From: Chiloscyllium plagiosum
Taxonomy: Eukaryota
Direction of reading: 5' to 3'
DNA length: 64,000 nt
Assembly (NCBI RefSeq): GCF_004010195.1
Contig: NC_057732.1
Location: 8,258,208-8,322,207, forward strand
This document shows positions 1 to 57,700 of the stretch, piece after piece. The notes beneath the pieces are model-generated. The model was given only the letters and a program-made list of their open reading frames with translations. It did no database searches and was not told where the DNA came from. A program made the translations under genes and the position numbers. Every line of letters begins with the position of its first letter. Within the stretch, counting starts at the first letter, position 1.

Positions 1-1438
1 TTTCTTTCTTGCTTTTTGTTTTAAACTAGTAACCACCAGCAGCAAAAACTCTCGGGCATCCAATTGATTATTTACAAGCAAAGGCCATTATGGTCAACGC
101 AAACTATCAAAGATGGAGGGGGAGCAGGGAATGGAGGGAGAGCAGCAAGGGATTAAATCAAAATTGAGTTGGAGGAGGAGATAAAGCATTGTATCCTTTG
201 CTGTGCCCTCTTCTCTCTAAAGACATTGAGAGCACTAATGGACACCACGTACTCCTTCTCCAAGGACACCCAGACAGAAATGTTATTGCTCCAGAGTTAA
301 TAGAGAACAGATAATGCTCATTGGTCTTTGTATTTAAGAGTTCGTGATTTTCTCTTGCTGGTCATTACACATAATTTGATTAATTGGAAAACTTGAGTGA
401 TTTAGTAGTGATAGTGTAAAGTGACACGGGTGATGATGGGAATAAAGCCTTTCAGTTGTGTATGCTAACAATAATGAATAATAAAAAAAAAGGTTGATTT
501 TGGTTCTTGCAGCATATTGGTGATGTCCCTATCTCTGTACCAGGAGAACCTGGGTTCAGGTCCCACTTATTCCAGAGAAGTGCAACAACCTCTCTGAACA
601 GGTTAATTGGAAAATATAAGAGTTGGTGATTCAGAAAGGAAGAGCTGATGATGGGTCTTCAAAAATTAAAAATCATGTTTTATTTCCTGCCCCTGGAGGG
701 CAGTGCTTGTAACTTTTTATTTTAGTTGGTGGCATAGGTGCTTGATGGTGTTTTGCCAAAAATGAAAGCTGGTGATTTAGTGATTGGATTTTTAAAAAAC
801 TAAACAGGAAAGAGATGTGATCCTCTTCATTGGAGGTTGATGTCTAGATGGGAAAAGTGTTTTGAAGGGCAAGGTGATAACTGTTTTCGTGCTAAACAGT
901 AGATTTATAATAAAATCCTTGTAGACCTCTTGGTGCCTACTTCAATATATAGATCTCAGTCTGTTAAACAACTGGCCTCCTGATTTCCATCTTCCATAAA
1001 CTTGAGCTCATTTAAATCTCTATTGCCTGTCCACAAAACAGTACCAGGTCATATTTACCCTATATCTGTGTGCTCACTGACCTACCTTGGCTCTTAATTC
1101 AACAGCACCTCCATTTTAAAATTCTCATCCTGTTTCTAAACCCCTTTTACACTCTCCTCCCCCGTCTCTGTCATCTCCTCCAGTCCTGTTGCCATCTTAA
1201 ATACTCTGCGTGCCTCTAATTCTGGCCTGTCACACATGCAGCATTTTAATTGCTTCACCATTGGCAGCCATGTCTTTATCTGTATAGCCCTCAGTTTCAG
1301 AACTCCTTCAATTTTTGGGAATCTCTCTCTCTGCTTCTTATAAACACTGTTTCAAACCTAGCCCTTTGATCAAACTTTTCATCATTTGCCCTACAGATGG
1401 CCTGACCTGGTTCCATGCCAAACATTGTTGGCTCGTAA

Positions 1439-1593
1439 GGTCAGCATAACCCCCTTGGGATTAGAGAGATGGAGGACTGGAGACCAGGTCAGCGTAAGGT
1501 CAGCGTAACCCCCTTGGGATTAGAGAGATGGAGGACTGGAGACCAGGTCAGCGGAACCCCCTTGGGATTAGAGAGATGGAGGACTGGAGACCA
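1439..1593. repeat. Tandem repeat, 48-bp unit x3 plus an 11-bp partial unit
   Basis: ggtcagcgtaacccccttgggattagagagatggaggactggagacca at 1439, 1498 and 1546. Confidence 0.92.
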
Positions 1594-2559
1594 GGCTAAT
1601 CTGGGGGTCTCCATATCTCAGGCAAGGGGAGAGGTTGAGAAGGCAGGACTTTGGTGGTAACCTCAGCCAGCGTGGGAATTGAACCTATGCTGCTGACACA
1701 TCACTCTGTATTGCATACCATCCATTCAGCCACTTGAGTTAACCAACCCCACGTGTTGGCAATCACTCACTAATGAGTATGATTATCTGCCTGGAAGTTC
1801 CGGGTTGTCTGTGGATTTTTGTCCTGGAGCCAGATCTCCAACCACACATTTGGGAGGTGTTTTCTAAAGGTAGAATTCCTCTGTGCCTTGTATGGGATAT
1901 TTCTTAACATCAGTAGACACGTGGCCCTTGGCGGAAGGTAAACCCAGTGTCAAGGAAACCTTGCTGATTGGGGATCTCTCTGATCTTGCGGCCTCCCATC
2001 CTCTTTTGCAGCCTTGGTATCACTCAACTATCTTCCCACTTGGTCATCCTTGAGGACTTGGATTGAGCTATGTCTGGCCTTATGGTCATAGGTGGCCCTG
2101 CCAGGTGTTGAGAACTCCAGAGGACATTGCCTTGGGATCAATGGACCCCCTCAACCTGTCCAGCACAGCAAGGCGGCAATCCAGTGAATGGGCAAGACCC
2201 CATTAACCTTCCTGTAAAGCTCCTGGTGGACGTTTCAATGCACTAAAAGCACTCGATAAATGCAAGTTGTTGTTGTAAACCCTTGTCCTGAAGGCACTGG
2301 GTCAATATTTAAAACGAAGGACAGCAACGCAGAGAAAATACACTATTTAAAATAGAAAAGCGTTATCTGACTTCTTATTTACAAACAGAAACGCTGAAAT
2401 ATTTAATGTAAATCAGTGTCAGTTGAGATTCCTGGCCAAATCCCGCTATATCTGTCGCCCTCCAATAGGATTCTCTGGCCATTGTATAGAAAAGGTGGGT
2501 GAACATATTATTCTCAAAGAGAACAGAAAATTAAAGTGCATGGAACAAAAGTTGACTGT

Positions 2560-2932
2560 TGATGATATTAACCAGTACAGGTCGACAGACAGAGGGGGGT
2601 GGGGGGTGAGGATTAAGCTGTTTACGGGAAATGGGCTGGATACTGGAGACTCACGTGGTAAAGACACATCTTTTGCGACTGGGTGTGCTCCTTCTTCCCG
2701 AGGAGCCCCTTCCTCCCTCCCTCCGAAGTGGGGAGATGACTGTGTCGCTGTGAGAGGACTCTCACGGGGCGGGTTAAGGCGCTTCAGGAGCGAGCGCTGA
2801 GATTTCCAATGAGGATCCCAACGCTTGGGGCAGTATTTCTTTTACTGAGTCAGAACCAGCGCTGAGCCCCCAGAGCAGAGATCCAACTTTCTGGCAGCCT
2901 GTTGAAAGGGGGCTTCTCTTCGAAACAGAACA
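2560..2932 (+). promoter_or_regulatory. Probable GYS2 proximal promoter / 5' UTR
   Basis: GC- and CpG-richer, repeat-free stretch upstream of the ATG; E-box CACGTG 2652-2657, GC box GGGCGG 2767-2772, CCAAT 2806-2810. TSS not determinable. Confidence 0.5.
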
Positions 2933-48564
<45,632 letters not shown>

Positions 48565-49083
48565 ATAGATAGCTAGCTTTACCACTTGGAAAATCTATAA
48601 TTACAATACTTATGTACATGGATAGCAAATGCAGGGGGAGCTGGTTACAAGTTACATGGAGACTAGGAAGATCTCTCATACTCCAATGTCAAATGTGTAT
48701 TGGAAGCTTATGTAAACTTGCAGATGACTTACAGTAGCTAAAGAAAAAATGAGTCCTATGAATATTAGGTAAATTCCATAGCCTGGTAGATACTTAAATT
48801 TTCCCTTGAAAAGATTTAATCAATTCTTCCTGTGGTGCATCTGATCAGTTCTAAAGGTTTGAAAACAGATGAACTTATTTCTAGTAATTTTGAGTCTGAG
48901 TTTCATGAACTTACAAGACAACCACCCTTGTGATTTCTGTAACGCACTTGACCACTTCTATAAATGAGGGTTATTTTATTAGAATATTTATGGCATTTTA
49001 TAATTGAGTCACGTTCAATTCGTGATTCTTATTGGGTATCATGTTTCTCTTTGGGTGTTATGTTGGCGATTTAATGTTTCGGA

Positions 49084-49089
49084 AATAAA
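49084..49089 (+). terminator. Candidate GYS2 polyadenylation signal
   Basis: AATAAA about 520 nt after the stop codon, followed by a T-rich tract. Confidence 0.45.
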
Positions 49090-50012
49090 GGCATAGTAGA
49101 TAACACTTTTTTTTTTAAAAACTCTTAAGTTTTGGTCCCAGTGCATGAAGGAGTCTGCAGTAGCTGATGTTTGAACTTGTCATTGAATTTAGAGTGCATC
49201 TCCATGTATTTTTTTTTTTGACATTTTTATAATCCTCCTAAAATATCGCCAGATTGTAATCATGTGACTTGGAACACTATTATTCTTTGGATGCTAAAAT
49301 AAGTAAAAACACTGGTTTGAATACTAGTTATATTATTCATGGAAGGCCACCTGCTCTTGGTTTTGCCATTTTTTTTTAATCCCTGAATTTTTCTTTGTAC
49401 GGACTGTGAAACAGTACGCACGCATTACCCTACCATGCGTAGAAAAGGGGGCAATCCAATTTGAAATAAGCTGCCTTGTAACATTGCAGTTGCTGCTATC
49501 CACAAAGATAATGACATAAATGTTTCACTTTTTTAACCTCAGGAATCCATTTTCCAACTGGGAACTAAAGCTTGAAAACTGTGGAATATATAGCACTTGG
49601 TTTGGGGAAAAATGCAGCAAAATTGTTGGAAGATAATTGTGCAATTAGAAAATTGAATGATATAACTTTAGTTCTTTAAGACCAAGTAAAATATTTCAGT
49701 CCAATGAGCTGTTTGTTCTAATACTTTTACTGAGGTACATCTGTTTATGACAGTTATTTATTTCAAATGCATGCTTTTAGGATAATATATCCTCTTGCCA
49801 AATTTTAATTAAAGCAGCTTCAAGAAGAAAGTCATCTGATTTAAAAGAAGTGTCTTCCAACTCAGTCTAAACCATAGTGGATTAGTCACCACAAAGCTCA
49901 ATTGTGCTGAGCGATTTGAAAATTGGCTTTGAGGATAACTATTTCAGTTAAAGGTAAATTGGAGAAGCTGGAACTCTCCTGGAGAAGAGTGATGGGTTAT
50001 TGGTATGGGTTG

Positions 50013-50403
50013 AAAATATGTCGCTGGAAAAGCGCAGCAGGTCAGGCAGCATCCAAGGAGCAGGAGAATCGACGTTTCGGGCATAAGCCCCTTCTTCAGG
50101 AATGAGGAAAGTGTGTCCAGCAGGCTAAGATAAAAGGTAGGGAGGAGGGACTTGGGGGAGGGGCATTGAAATTGCGATAGGTGGAGGGAGGTCAAGGTGA
50201 GGGTGATAGGCCAGAGTGGGGTGGGGGCGGAGAGGTCAGGAAGAAGATTGCAGGTTAGGAAGGTGGTGCTGAGTTCGAGGGATTTGACTGAGACAAGGTG
50301 GGGGGTGGGGAAATGAGGAAACTGGAGAAATGAGTTCATCCCTTGTGGTTGGAGGGTTCCTAGGCAGAAGATGAGGCACTCTTTGACTGAGACAAGGTGG
50401 GGG
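50013..50403 (-). mobile_element. Penelope-like element 3' fragment with hammerhead core and 15-bp TSD
   Basis: TSD tattggtatgggttg (49998-50012, 50404-50418); encodes LIFCLGTLQPQGMN (end of the endonuclease region), then a pyrimidine-rich UTR and CTGAAGA-ag-GGGC-ttat-GCCC-GAAAC-GTC. Confidence 0.85.
50066..50104 (-). ncRNA. Putative minimal type-I hammerhead ribozyme
   Basis: CUGAAGA...GGGC-uuau-GCCC-GAAAC-GUC intact. Confidence 0.55.
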
Positions 50404-53400
50404 TATTGGTATGGGTTGCCTAATTGTGTGGGTCTGTAAGGAGCAGGCAAAGTGAAACTGTTTCCATTTGCAGAAGAAGTTGAGAACTGAAGGTTACAGA
50501 TTTAAGGCAACTGGCAAAACAACCAAAGGTGCCATGGGGAATGATCTCCGTAGTGGATGGTTATGCATAGTTTGTGATTGTGCTGAAGGCACGTTCAGTA
50601 ATGGTTTTTAAGGGGGAATTGGGTCATTGTTTGAATGGAGAAAGCAAGGAGTCGCTCTTGCATGGACACCACTGGTTAAATAAAGGCGGTCTGTGCTGCA
50701 ATGATTGTTTTTGTAAGAAGCAAGAATCAACACTGACTGTAGAAGAGGGATGTTGTAGTGGAATAAGTCTATTGCCACCTCTGAAATTGGAACTAATGGA
50801 ATGAATCACCTTGCAGTGTCACAGCATAATTACTGCTGGACAAACGAAAATCCTCTTTTTGGTTGGCATGAGCTGACTATCTCGAAAGAAGTGTGCTGTC
50901 AGGATACATGTCATTTGGCTCTAATGTACAGTAGGTTTGTGCTCAATGTATGACATAAGTGAAGAACTTCCTCTATAAACATGATCTCTGAAAAGTACTG
51001 AATGCCACATTTACAGACTGTTCATTGGAAGAATAATGCAACAGCTACGATCTGCTTTGTCAAAAATTATTCAAAACTCTTACATAATGCGCACATCTTC
51101 ATTGGGTGGAACTTGCTGTTATCTGCGACCGTGAGTTTGCTGGGAGAGTGTTGGTGGGATGGCATTGGGAAGGGAAATAGGTGACGTTCAGTAGATTTCC
51201 ACTGCTGTCTGATGTGAAACTGTTAAGGTGAAATAGTGCAAGAAATTGATTGCTTTTGTGGCAAGGCCACAAAAGAGTAAGAAAGCTTTGTTTTGTGCAT
51301 TGTCGTCATCGTAAAAAGCAAAGACCCAGTAAACCTTTGGTTTATATCTTCCTGAGTCAGCGTTGAACAGAGACATATTTTTTGGCTTGATTATTACAGA
51401 ATGTGCTTGGCAAGAAAGTTATTTCCAAAATTTGCAACAAAGGTTTGTATTAATAGACAGGAATAAAGCAGAAAATCACTTTGTTAGTGAAGGGTAGGTA
51501 GGGAAATGTGATCAGCCGCAAGTTAGTGGGCCAGATGTCTTGAGCACAGTCATAGCCCTAGGCTCAACTATTGTCTGAAGCTCCAGGTACCTATTGCAAA
51601 GTTTAGATTCCAAATGTGATACTATATTGTGGTCAGTGCAAAGGACAATAGAAGTCTTAATGAGCCATATAATCAGTGGAGCAAATATAACTTTTCCATT
51701 CCTAGGAATTGACTGATTTATGAAAATCCAAAGGTGAGTTTGGAATGAATGTGATTAACATACAGATGGTCTTCACAGACTGCTTTTAATGGGAACTTTC
51801 TATATTTGCAACATTAATTGATCCATATAGCATAATCAAGTTTCAGCACAGAAGCAGTCATGGTGACTGGTTGTTGATTTAATTTGCAAGCATCATTTAA
51901 TACGCCCAATGTATGTCTTTATGTCTTTGCTGTTTTGCAATTAAGTTCACCTAGAGATTCTGAAGAGCAAAGATCTTGTAGCAGAATGGATAGTTTCTCA
52001 GCAAATATATCAGAAGCTGCAGGTTTGAGTGTAAACCCCAGGACTGAATGACAAGGTGCGTTCACAAATTGACCTTTCCATCCAAGTTACCAATTGGCAA
52101 ATCTTCCCAATGCATGTTAATAGCTGGCAGTAAGAACAACAAACATTCCTGGCCAGCCATTTGATGGAAGGAATGTTTTACCCTTTGTACTCACTATCCA
52201 TGGCTCTAGAATCCAACATGCATGCAAAGGTATGTGTTACCACAGCAATGTAAAACTCCCCAAGTGAACTGTGGTACCATCAGCACCATCTTCACTGTTT
52301 TTAATTCAATTACAGTTAACTGCCAATAATAATTATTTTGAGGGCATAAATGACAGCAAACTAGTGGTTTGGAATTCTTTCGATTTTCAGATTGGATAGG
52401 TTGTGTCAAAAGTCAGTTTTTTTTTCCAGATGTTGGGATTTTAGATTAAAAGAGAACAACAGGTTTGATGCCTTTTCCAATTGGTTCTTAACATTAACTT
52501 AATCTGATATTAATGCCTTTAACACTGAAATACCCGATCGATATCTCAGTTACTACTAAATATTACTAGAATGTGGAGAAGCCAAATGGTTTACTTTTGA
52601 TATATTCTGTTGATAACACAATATCTCGGCTTGTTTGTTAGATTGACATGAATCAGGTGTAGATGACAATCTGTTACCATGTTACTTCACTGTGCAATAA
52701 GAGTCATGAAATCCTGAAGTTGCTGACATTTTTTTCATAATTGTATTTTTAATCACATTTTTCCCAGTCTTCTCTGAGGATATTTGGTAACCCATGATGG
52801 GCATCAGCTGTGGCGCAGTGAGTAGTACCCTTGTCCCTGTAAATTAAGTTTTTAAATTCCATTTCAAGTACACAAGCGCTCACTCTGCACTGATAACTAC
52901 TGCAGAACCAAACACCCTGCCCTTTGTAGCTACATGTGAGACACAAGTGACAGGAGCAGTGATAATCTATACCAGCCCTTGAGTCTGCTCCACCAGCCAT
53001 CCAGATTATGGTGGTTCTGATCTGACCTTAACACCACTTTTTGTTGGTTCCTATAATGCCTGACTTCCCTGTCTAGCTTAGCCTTGAATACATGCAATGA
53101 ACCAGCCTCCACTGCTCTCTGCAGAATAGAGTTGGCAAATGTGGCTTCAGAGGAAATTCCTTCTCTCCACCTTAAATAAGAATTCCTTTGTTTTGAAACT
53201 CCGCCCCCTCGTTTTGGAACATTGTGAGGGAGATATCCTTTCAGCAAATACCCTGTCAAATACAAGCATATGGACGTACATGGAATAGTGTAGGTTAGAT
53301 GGGCTTCAGATTGGTATGACAGGTCGGTGCAACATCAAGGGCCGAAGGGCCTGTACTGTGTTGTAATATTCTATGTTCTTATGTTTCAATGAGGACATCT

Positions 53401-54020
53401 TTCTTATTCTTCTTAAAGCAGTTTGGGCCTACATCCATTAGAGTTACCTTTCCTAATAAATTAGCCCCTTCATTCCTAGGAATCAGTAATGTGAACCTTC
53501 TCTAAACTATCTCCTTTGTTACTGGCTGTATCTCAAGTGTTAGCCATTTGTAATTGATGTCTGACAACTCCCAGACCCCTCTATTTGAATAATATTCTGT
53601 TTTTATATTCTTATTTACCAATGGTAAAGATTGCCTGGCAAATCCAAAGAAGAGGAGAGCAGTTTTCCTCAGTATCCTGGTCAACCAGCACCAAAAGATA
53701 CCTGGTTGAAATGAGTCAACCAGTCCAGAGATGTTATTACGCACTTCTGAAGCAAGAGGGACTTGAACCTGGGTCTCCTGGTCCAGAGATAGGGACATTA
53801 AAACTGCACCACAAGCATCCTCCTAATGATCATTGTCCTCCTCAAACAAGGGCAGCTGTTCTTGTCATTATCCCCTTTTTTTCACTGTCCAAACCCAAGT
53901 TTTCTTTTGGCTCAGCAGTAACAAATTTCTTCGGTTTTCGGTTACCCTGATCATGAAAGGGGTGATATGAACTTGACTGACAAACCAACTTTACAGTGGT
54001 CTTGGGTGTACAATATGCAA

Positions 54021-54146
54021 GGAGAAAGTGAGGACTGCAGATGCTGGAGATCAGAGCTGAAAATGTGTTGCTGGAAAAGCGCAGCAGGTCAGGCAGCATC
54101 CAAGGAACAGGAGAATCGACGTTTTGGACATAAGCCCTTCTTCAGG
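54021..54146 (-). mobile_element. Penelope-derived mini-insert (hammerhead core mutated)
   Basis: Full terminus ggagaaagtgaggactgcagatgctggag...; aatatgca repeated on both flanks; GAAA changed to AAAA. Confidence 0.78.
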
Positions 54147-54292
54147 AATATGCACTCAATATACAATATGCATTCAAGCCAAAGTGAAGTAAATATACAC
54201 AGAAGCAAATAATTCTAAAAGCTAATCTCCCACATTTCAATTTTCATAGGTATGCTACATTAAAATAGCAGTTTGTGCATGTTCCCAGATTA

Positions 54293-54298
54293 TTTATT
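54293..54298 (-). terminator. Candidate SPX polyadenylation signal
   Basis: TTTATT on + (AATAAA on -), about 380 nt after the SPX stop. Confidence 0.45.
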
Positions 54299-54674
54299 AT
54301 ACAAAGTGATCTACATATTTTAATTTAAGACTTGTGTAATCTGAAAAAATATCAAAAATGCTGACCATTCGATGAAGAACAAGATCATTTTTTCTTCCTA
54401 ATTAGTCTGGGTATGATTCAAATTTAGCTAATGTTGAGCTAAATGGAATTTTCAAAATCCTAACCCTCAACAGTAATGATTAACATTCAAGGACTTTTAA
54501 TTCATTAAACAATTCTACATTTCAGAGAGGTTATGAAAACTATATCTTGCCATGTACAATGCATCAATAACTTAGACATTTTGGTAACCAAGTGGTACAG
54601 AGTCACAGTGCACATAGATGAAATCTACTGGGTGTGTGGGAGAAAACCCAAGTTCGTAGAAGTATGTCAAAAGG

Positions 54675-54745
54675 TTAGAAGAGTAATTTTCTCCAATTCG
54701 GGTTCTCCTGCCAAAAATGCTGCTGTTCCCTTTCCTCGTTCTCGC
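54675..54745 (-). CDS. SPX: SPX exon 6 (coding part)
   Basis: ttttaattacag|(G)ENEEREQQHFWQENPNWRKLLF TAA; phase fits; acidic stretch plus W resembles vertebrate spexin C-termini. Confidence 0.8.
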
Positions 54746-57700
54746 CTGTAATTAAAACAAAAAATTTTTGACAGTTCATAGAGGTCATTGTTCAAATCCA
54801 TTAGAATGAGCAAATTAGGTATTTGCTAATTTTTAGGTTCGACTTGTATCTGAAGGATTCCTCATACTAACTGCACCCTACAATAAAACCTCACTTATTC
54901 CTGCTACTGATTATTTGAGTGTCCATCCTCCTGTTTTGTCCCTGTCCTAGCTGAAGAAGAAACAGCATCTTTTTGAGTTTATTTGATTTCTGTTTGACTT
55001 ACTCAAACAACATTTGGTAGCATGAACACTTTAAGTAATAGAATTCATTTGGCTATCATTAAAATGGATCTTATTAAAAACATTACTGTGATTACAATAA
55101 ATCTTCGTCTAAGTATAGCAAACAAGTTGTGATAAAGCCAATTTTTAGTAGGGTAAGGTAAATCCAAGATGGAGAAGGCCACAAATTAAGTTGTACAGCA
55201 GGATTATACAGAAAGAGGCCATTCATCCCTTCAAGTCTGCACAGTCTTGTCTAATGAGCAATCTAGCTAGTCCTTTTGCTGGCTCGTTTCCCATACTCCT
55301 CCAATTTGTTTTTTTCATACTACAGATTGTCATTTGGTAGTGCAAAACTTGAGCATTGCTGAAAATGAAAAACATTTTGGCTGTTCCTCACTTTGATCAG
55401 TTGAAACAACAGGTGCCGCGTGTGTACACATACTTTCCATTTGCAAAAATAGGTAACAACCATTCTTCAGTTCATTGATCCTTCAGGACAATTCCTCGAC
55501 TAACATAAACCTGCATGGCTCAAATTTGAAAGCCACGCAAGACCTCTTAAAAAGGCTAATGTGATTCCTTGTCAAACACCATTTTAACATTGCACTTGTC
55601 TACTTCCTCTATTAGAGCTGAAAATGTGTTGCTGGAAAAGTACAGCAGGTCAGGCAGCGGATGCTGGACAATCGACATTTCGGGTATGAGCCCTTCTTCA
55701 GCATCTGCAGTCCTCACTTTCTCCTACTTCCTCTATTACCTTGTCAAAAATCTCCAATCAAGTTAGATTGTTGTTTAAAAAGCTAGTGGAAAGCTGTTTT
55801 AATATCCCTGTGTGCCTGTTAATTTCTCCTAGACTTTTTTCCAATGGATATTGTGTTGATGATATTAAATTGACTGCTAAGCTTACCTATTTCTTCAAAC
55901 AAATGTATAAAGTCTGCAGAGGTGTAGTAGTAGTATCAGTGCCCCTGGACCAGGGCCCCAGGTTCATATTCCACCTGCTCCTGAGGTATGTAATAATATC
56001 TCTGAACAGGTTGATTAGAGAAATAGGTTAAATTAAGAAAAAATAAGGTTTGCTGAGGGGTCTCTTTTGGTGCAGTGGTAATGCCCCACCTCTGGCCAGG
56101 AGGCATGGATTCAAGTCCCACCTGCTTCAGTGATATCATAAGATATTGGAACAAAAGTAAAAATATAACATTTGTGGATTCTTTACACCTTTGATATTAT
56201 CCCTGTATCTTGCAATTTATTAAGTAACTTGCATTAAGAAAGCAACAAACAGATGAAAGGTACCTCTTACTGACTTTTAAGCATTTCACCTGTACTACTT
56301 GCTACTCCACCTTCAGGTCAGGCAGACTTCCACTTTTCTATATGAGCAATGACTGTAAATGAACTTGAATTGATGTAGCACCTCTCTGTACCAAACCAAT
56401 CCACAACCCATGAACGAATGTTGAAGTCCATTATTTTGGGAGGAAAGTGCAGTAGCCAACGAGTATGTGACAAGGGCCCACAAAACAGCAAATAAGATCC
56501 ATAAGCAGTTAATGTGCTTTGGTGAGCTGGTTTGACATGGCATCGCTCCCTTGCTCTTTCTCAAATCATACCATGTGGTCTTTTAAATTCTGTACCTGTG
56601 TATGAATGTCCTAATGCCTCAGTGAGTGGAATGTACTGACTAGCGTCATGCCTGCCTTACTGACCAAGACGCTGTCAGGTTTAATTCTGGTATGTGCTGA
56701 GCTACTTGTAGGCCCCTGTTGGTGTCCTAAATAACCAGGCTCTCTCTTGTGGAAGTGGATAAGGAATAATATTAGTAGAAGCTTTGATATTTTCCAACTC
56801 TCTGAATATGTTCCTGAAGACAAAAATTAAGCTTTGCAGTGATGCCTACTGTTGTCAAAGAGTTTGATAATATTCACCTACTACATACGCATATTCTTTC
56901 ATATTTGGAGGGTGGAGTGATAGAGGGTTCAGGGCAGTAGTGAAATTAATTTTTTAGTATATGCTGCCATATTACAATTAAAAGTGGGTAAATCCTCCCC
57001 TATTGATTGCCTGTGAATATATACTTGAAGGGAGTACAGGGTAGAGATAGGTTCCCACCCTTTATAGCTATCCAGTTCCTTCTTTTAGATTCGATTACTC
57101 ACAGCGTGGAAGCAGGCCCTTCGGCCCAATAAGTCCACACCGACCCTCCAAAGAGCAACCCACGCAGACCCATTCGCCTACATTTACCCCATCACCTAAC
57201 ACTACGGGCAATTTAGCACGGCCAATTCACCTGACCTGCACATCTTTGGACTATGGGAGGAAACCGGAGCACCCGGAAGAAACCCACGCAGACACAGGGA
57301 GAATGTACAAACTCCACACACACAGTTGCCTGAGGTGGGAATTGAACCCAGCTCTCTGCTGTAAGGCAGCAGTGCCACTTTGCCACCGTGCCCATGGGAT
57401 CATGGGTTTACTGTGTTGCTTCATTTGGCCCTAAATGAGTCTGGCTGTGGTAGTCTATTTCCAACAAAAGTAAAATCAGAAAAGGACCTATCCACGCTCT
57501 GTGTGTTCCGACACATGGTACATCAACTGAACAGTAAGCTTCCAGTATAATCTAGAAGCCCTGGTGCAAACTTCGACCTGAAACCTTATCCCTTCATACT
57601 GAACACGCTAATGACTCTAAATTCCGCCTGGAAAACAGCAAACTGCTGGATTCACTTCAGTCATAGATTTCCTTGCAGCTGTTGCAGCGACCCCACAATG

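Noticed and set aside
1439-1593. CRISPR-like array
   Set aside because: Units are contiguous with no unique spacers, no cas genes are present, and the context is vertebrate.
2423-2800. 125-aa ORF upstream of GYS2
   Set aside because: Non-ATG start, no domain similarity, and it overlaps the GC-rich promoter region.
49944-50450. 168-aa ORF on the minus strand as a host gene
   Set aside because: Lies within the TSD-flanked Penelope-like fragment and mostly translates its UTR.
56736-56813. 78-nt frame-preserving candidate exon in SPX intron 5 (GTYSESWKISKLLLILFLIHFHKREP)
   Set aside because: Good acceptor but weak donor (CTG|GTTATT) and no resemblance to spexin precursors; the gene is complete without it.
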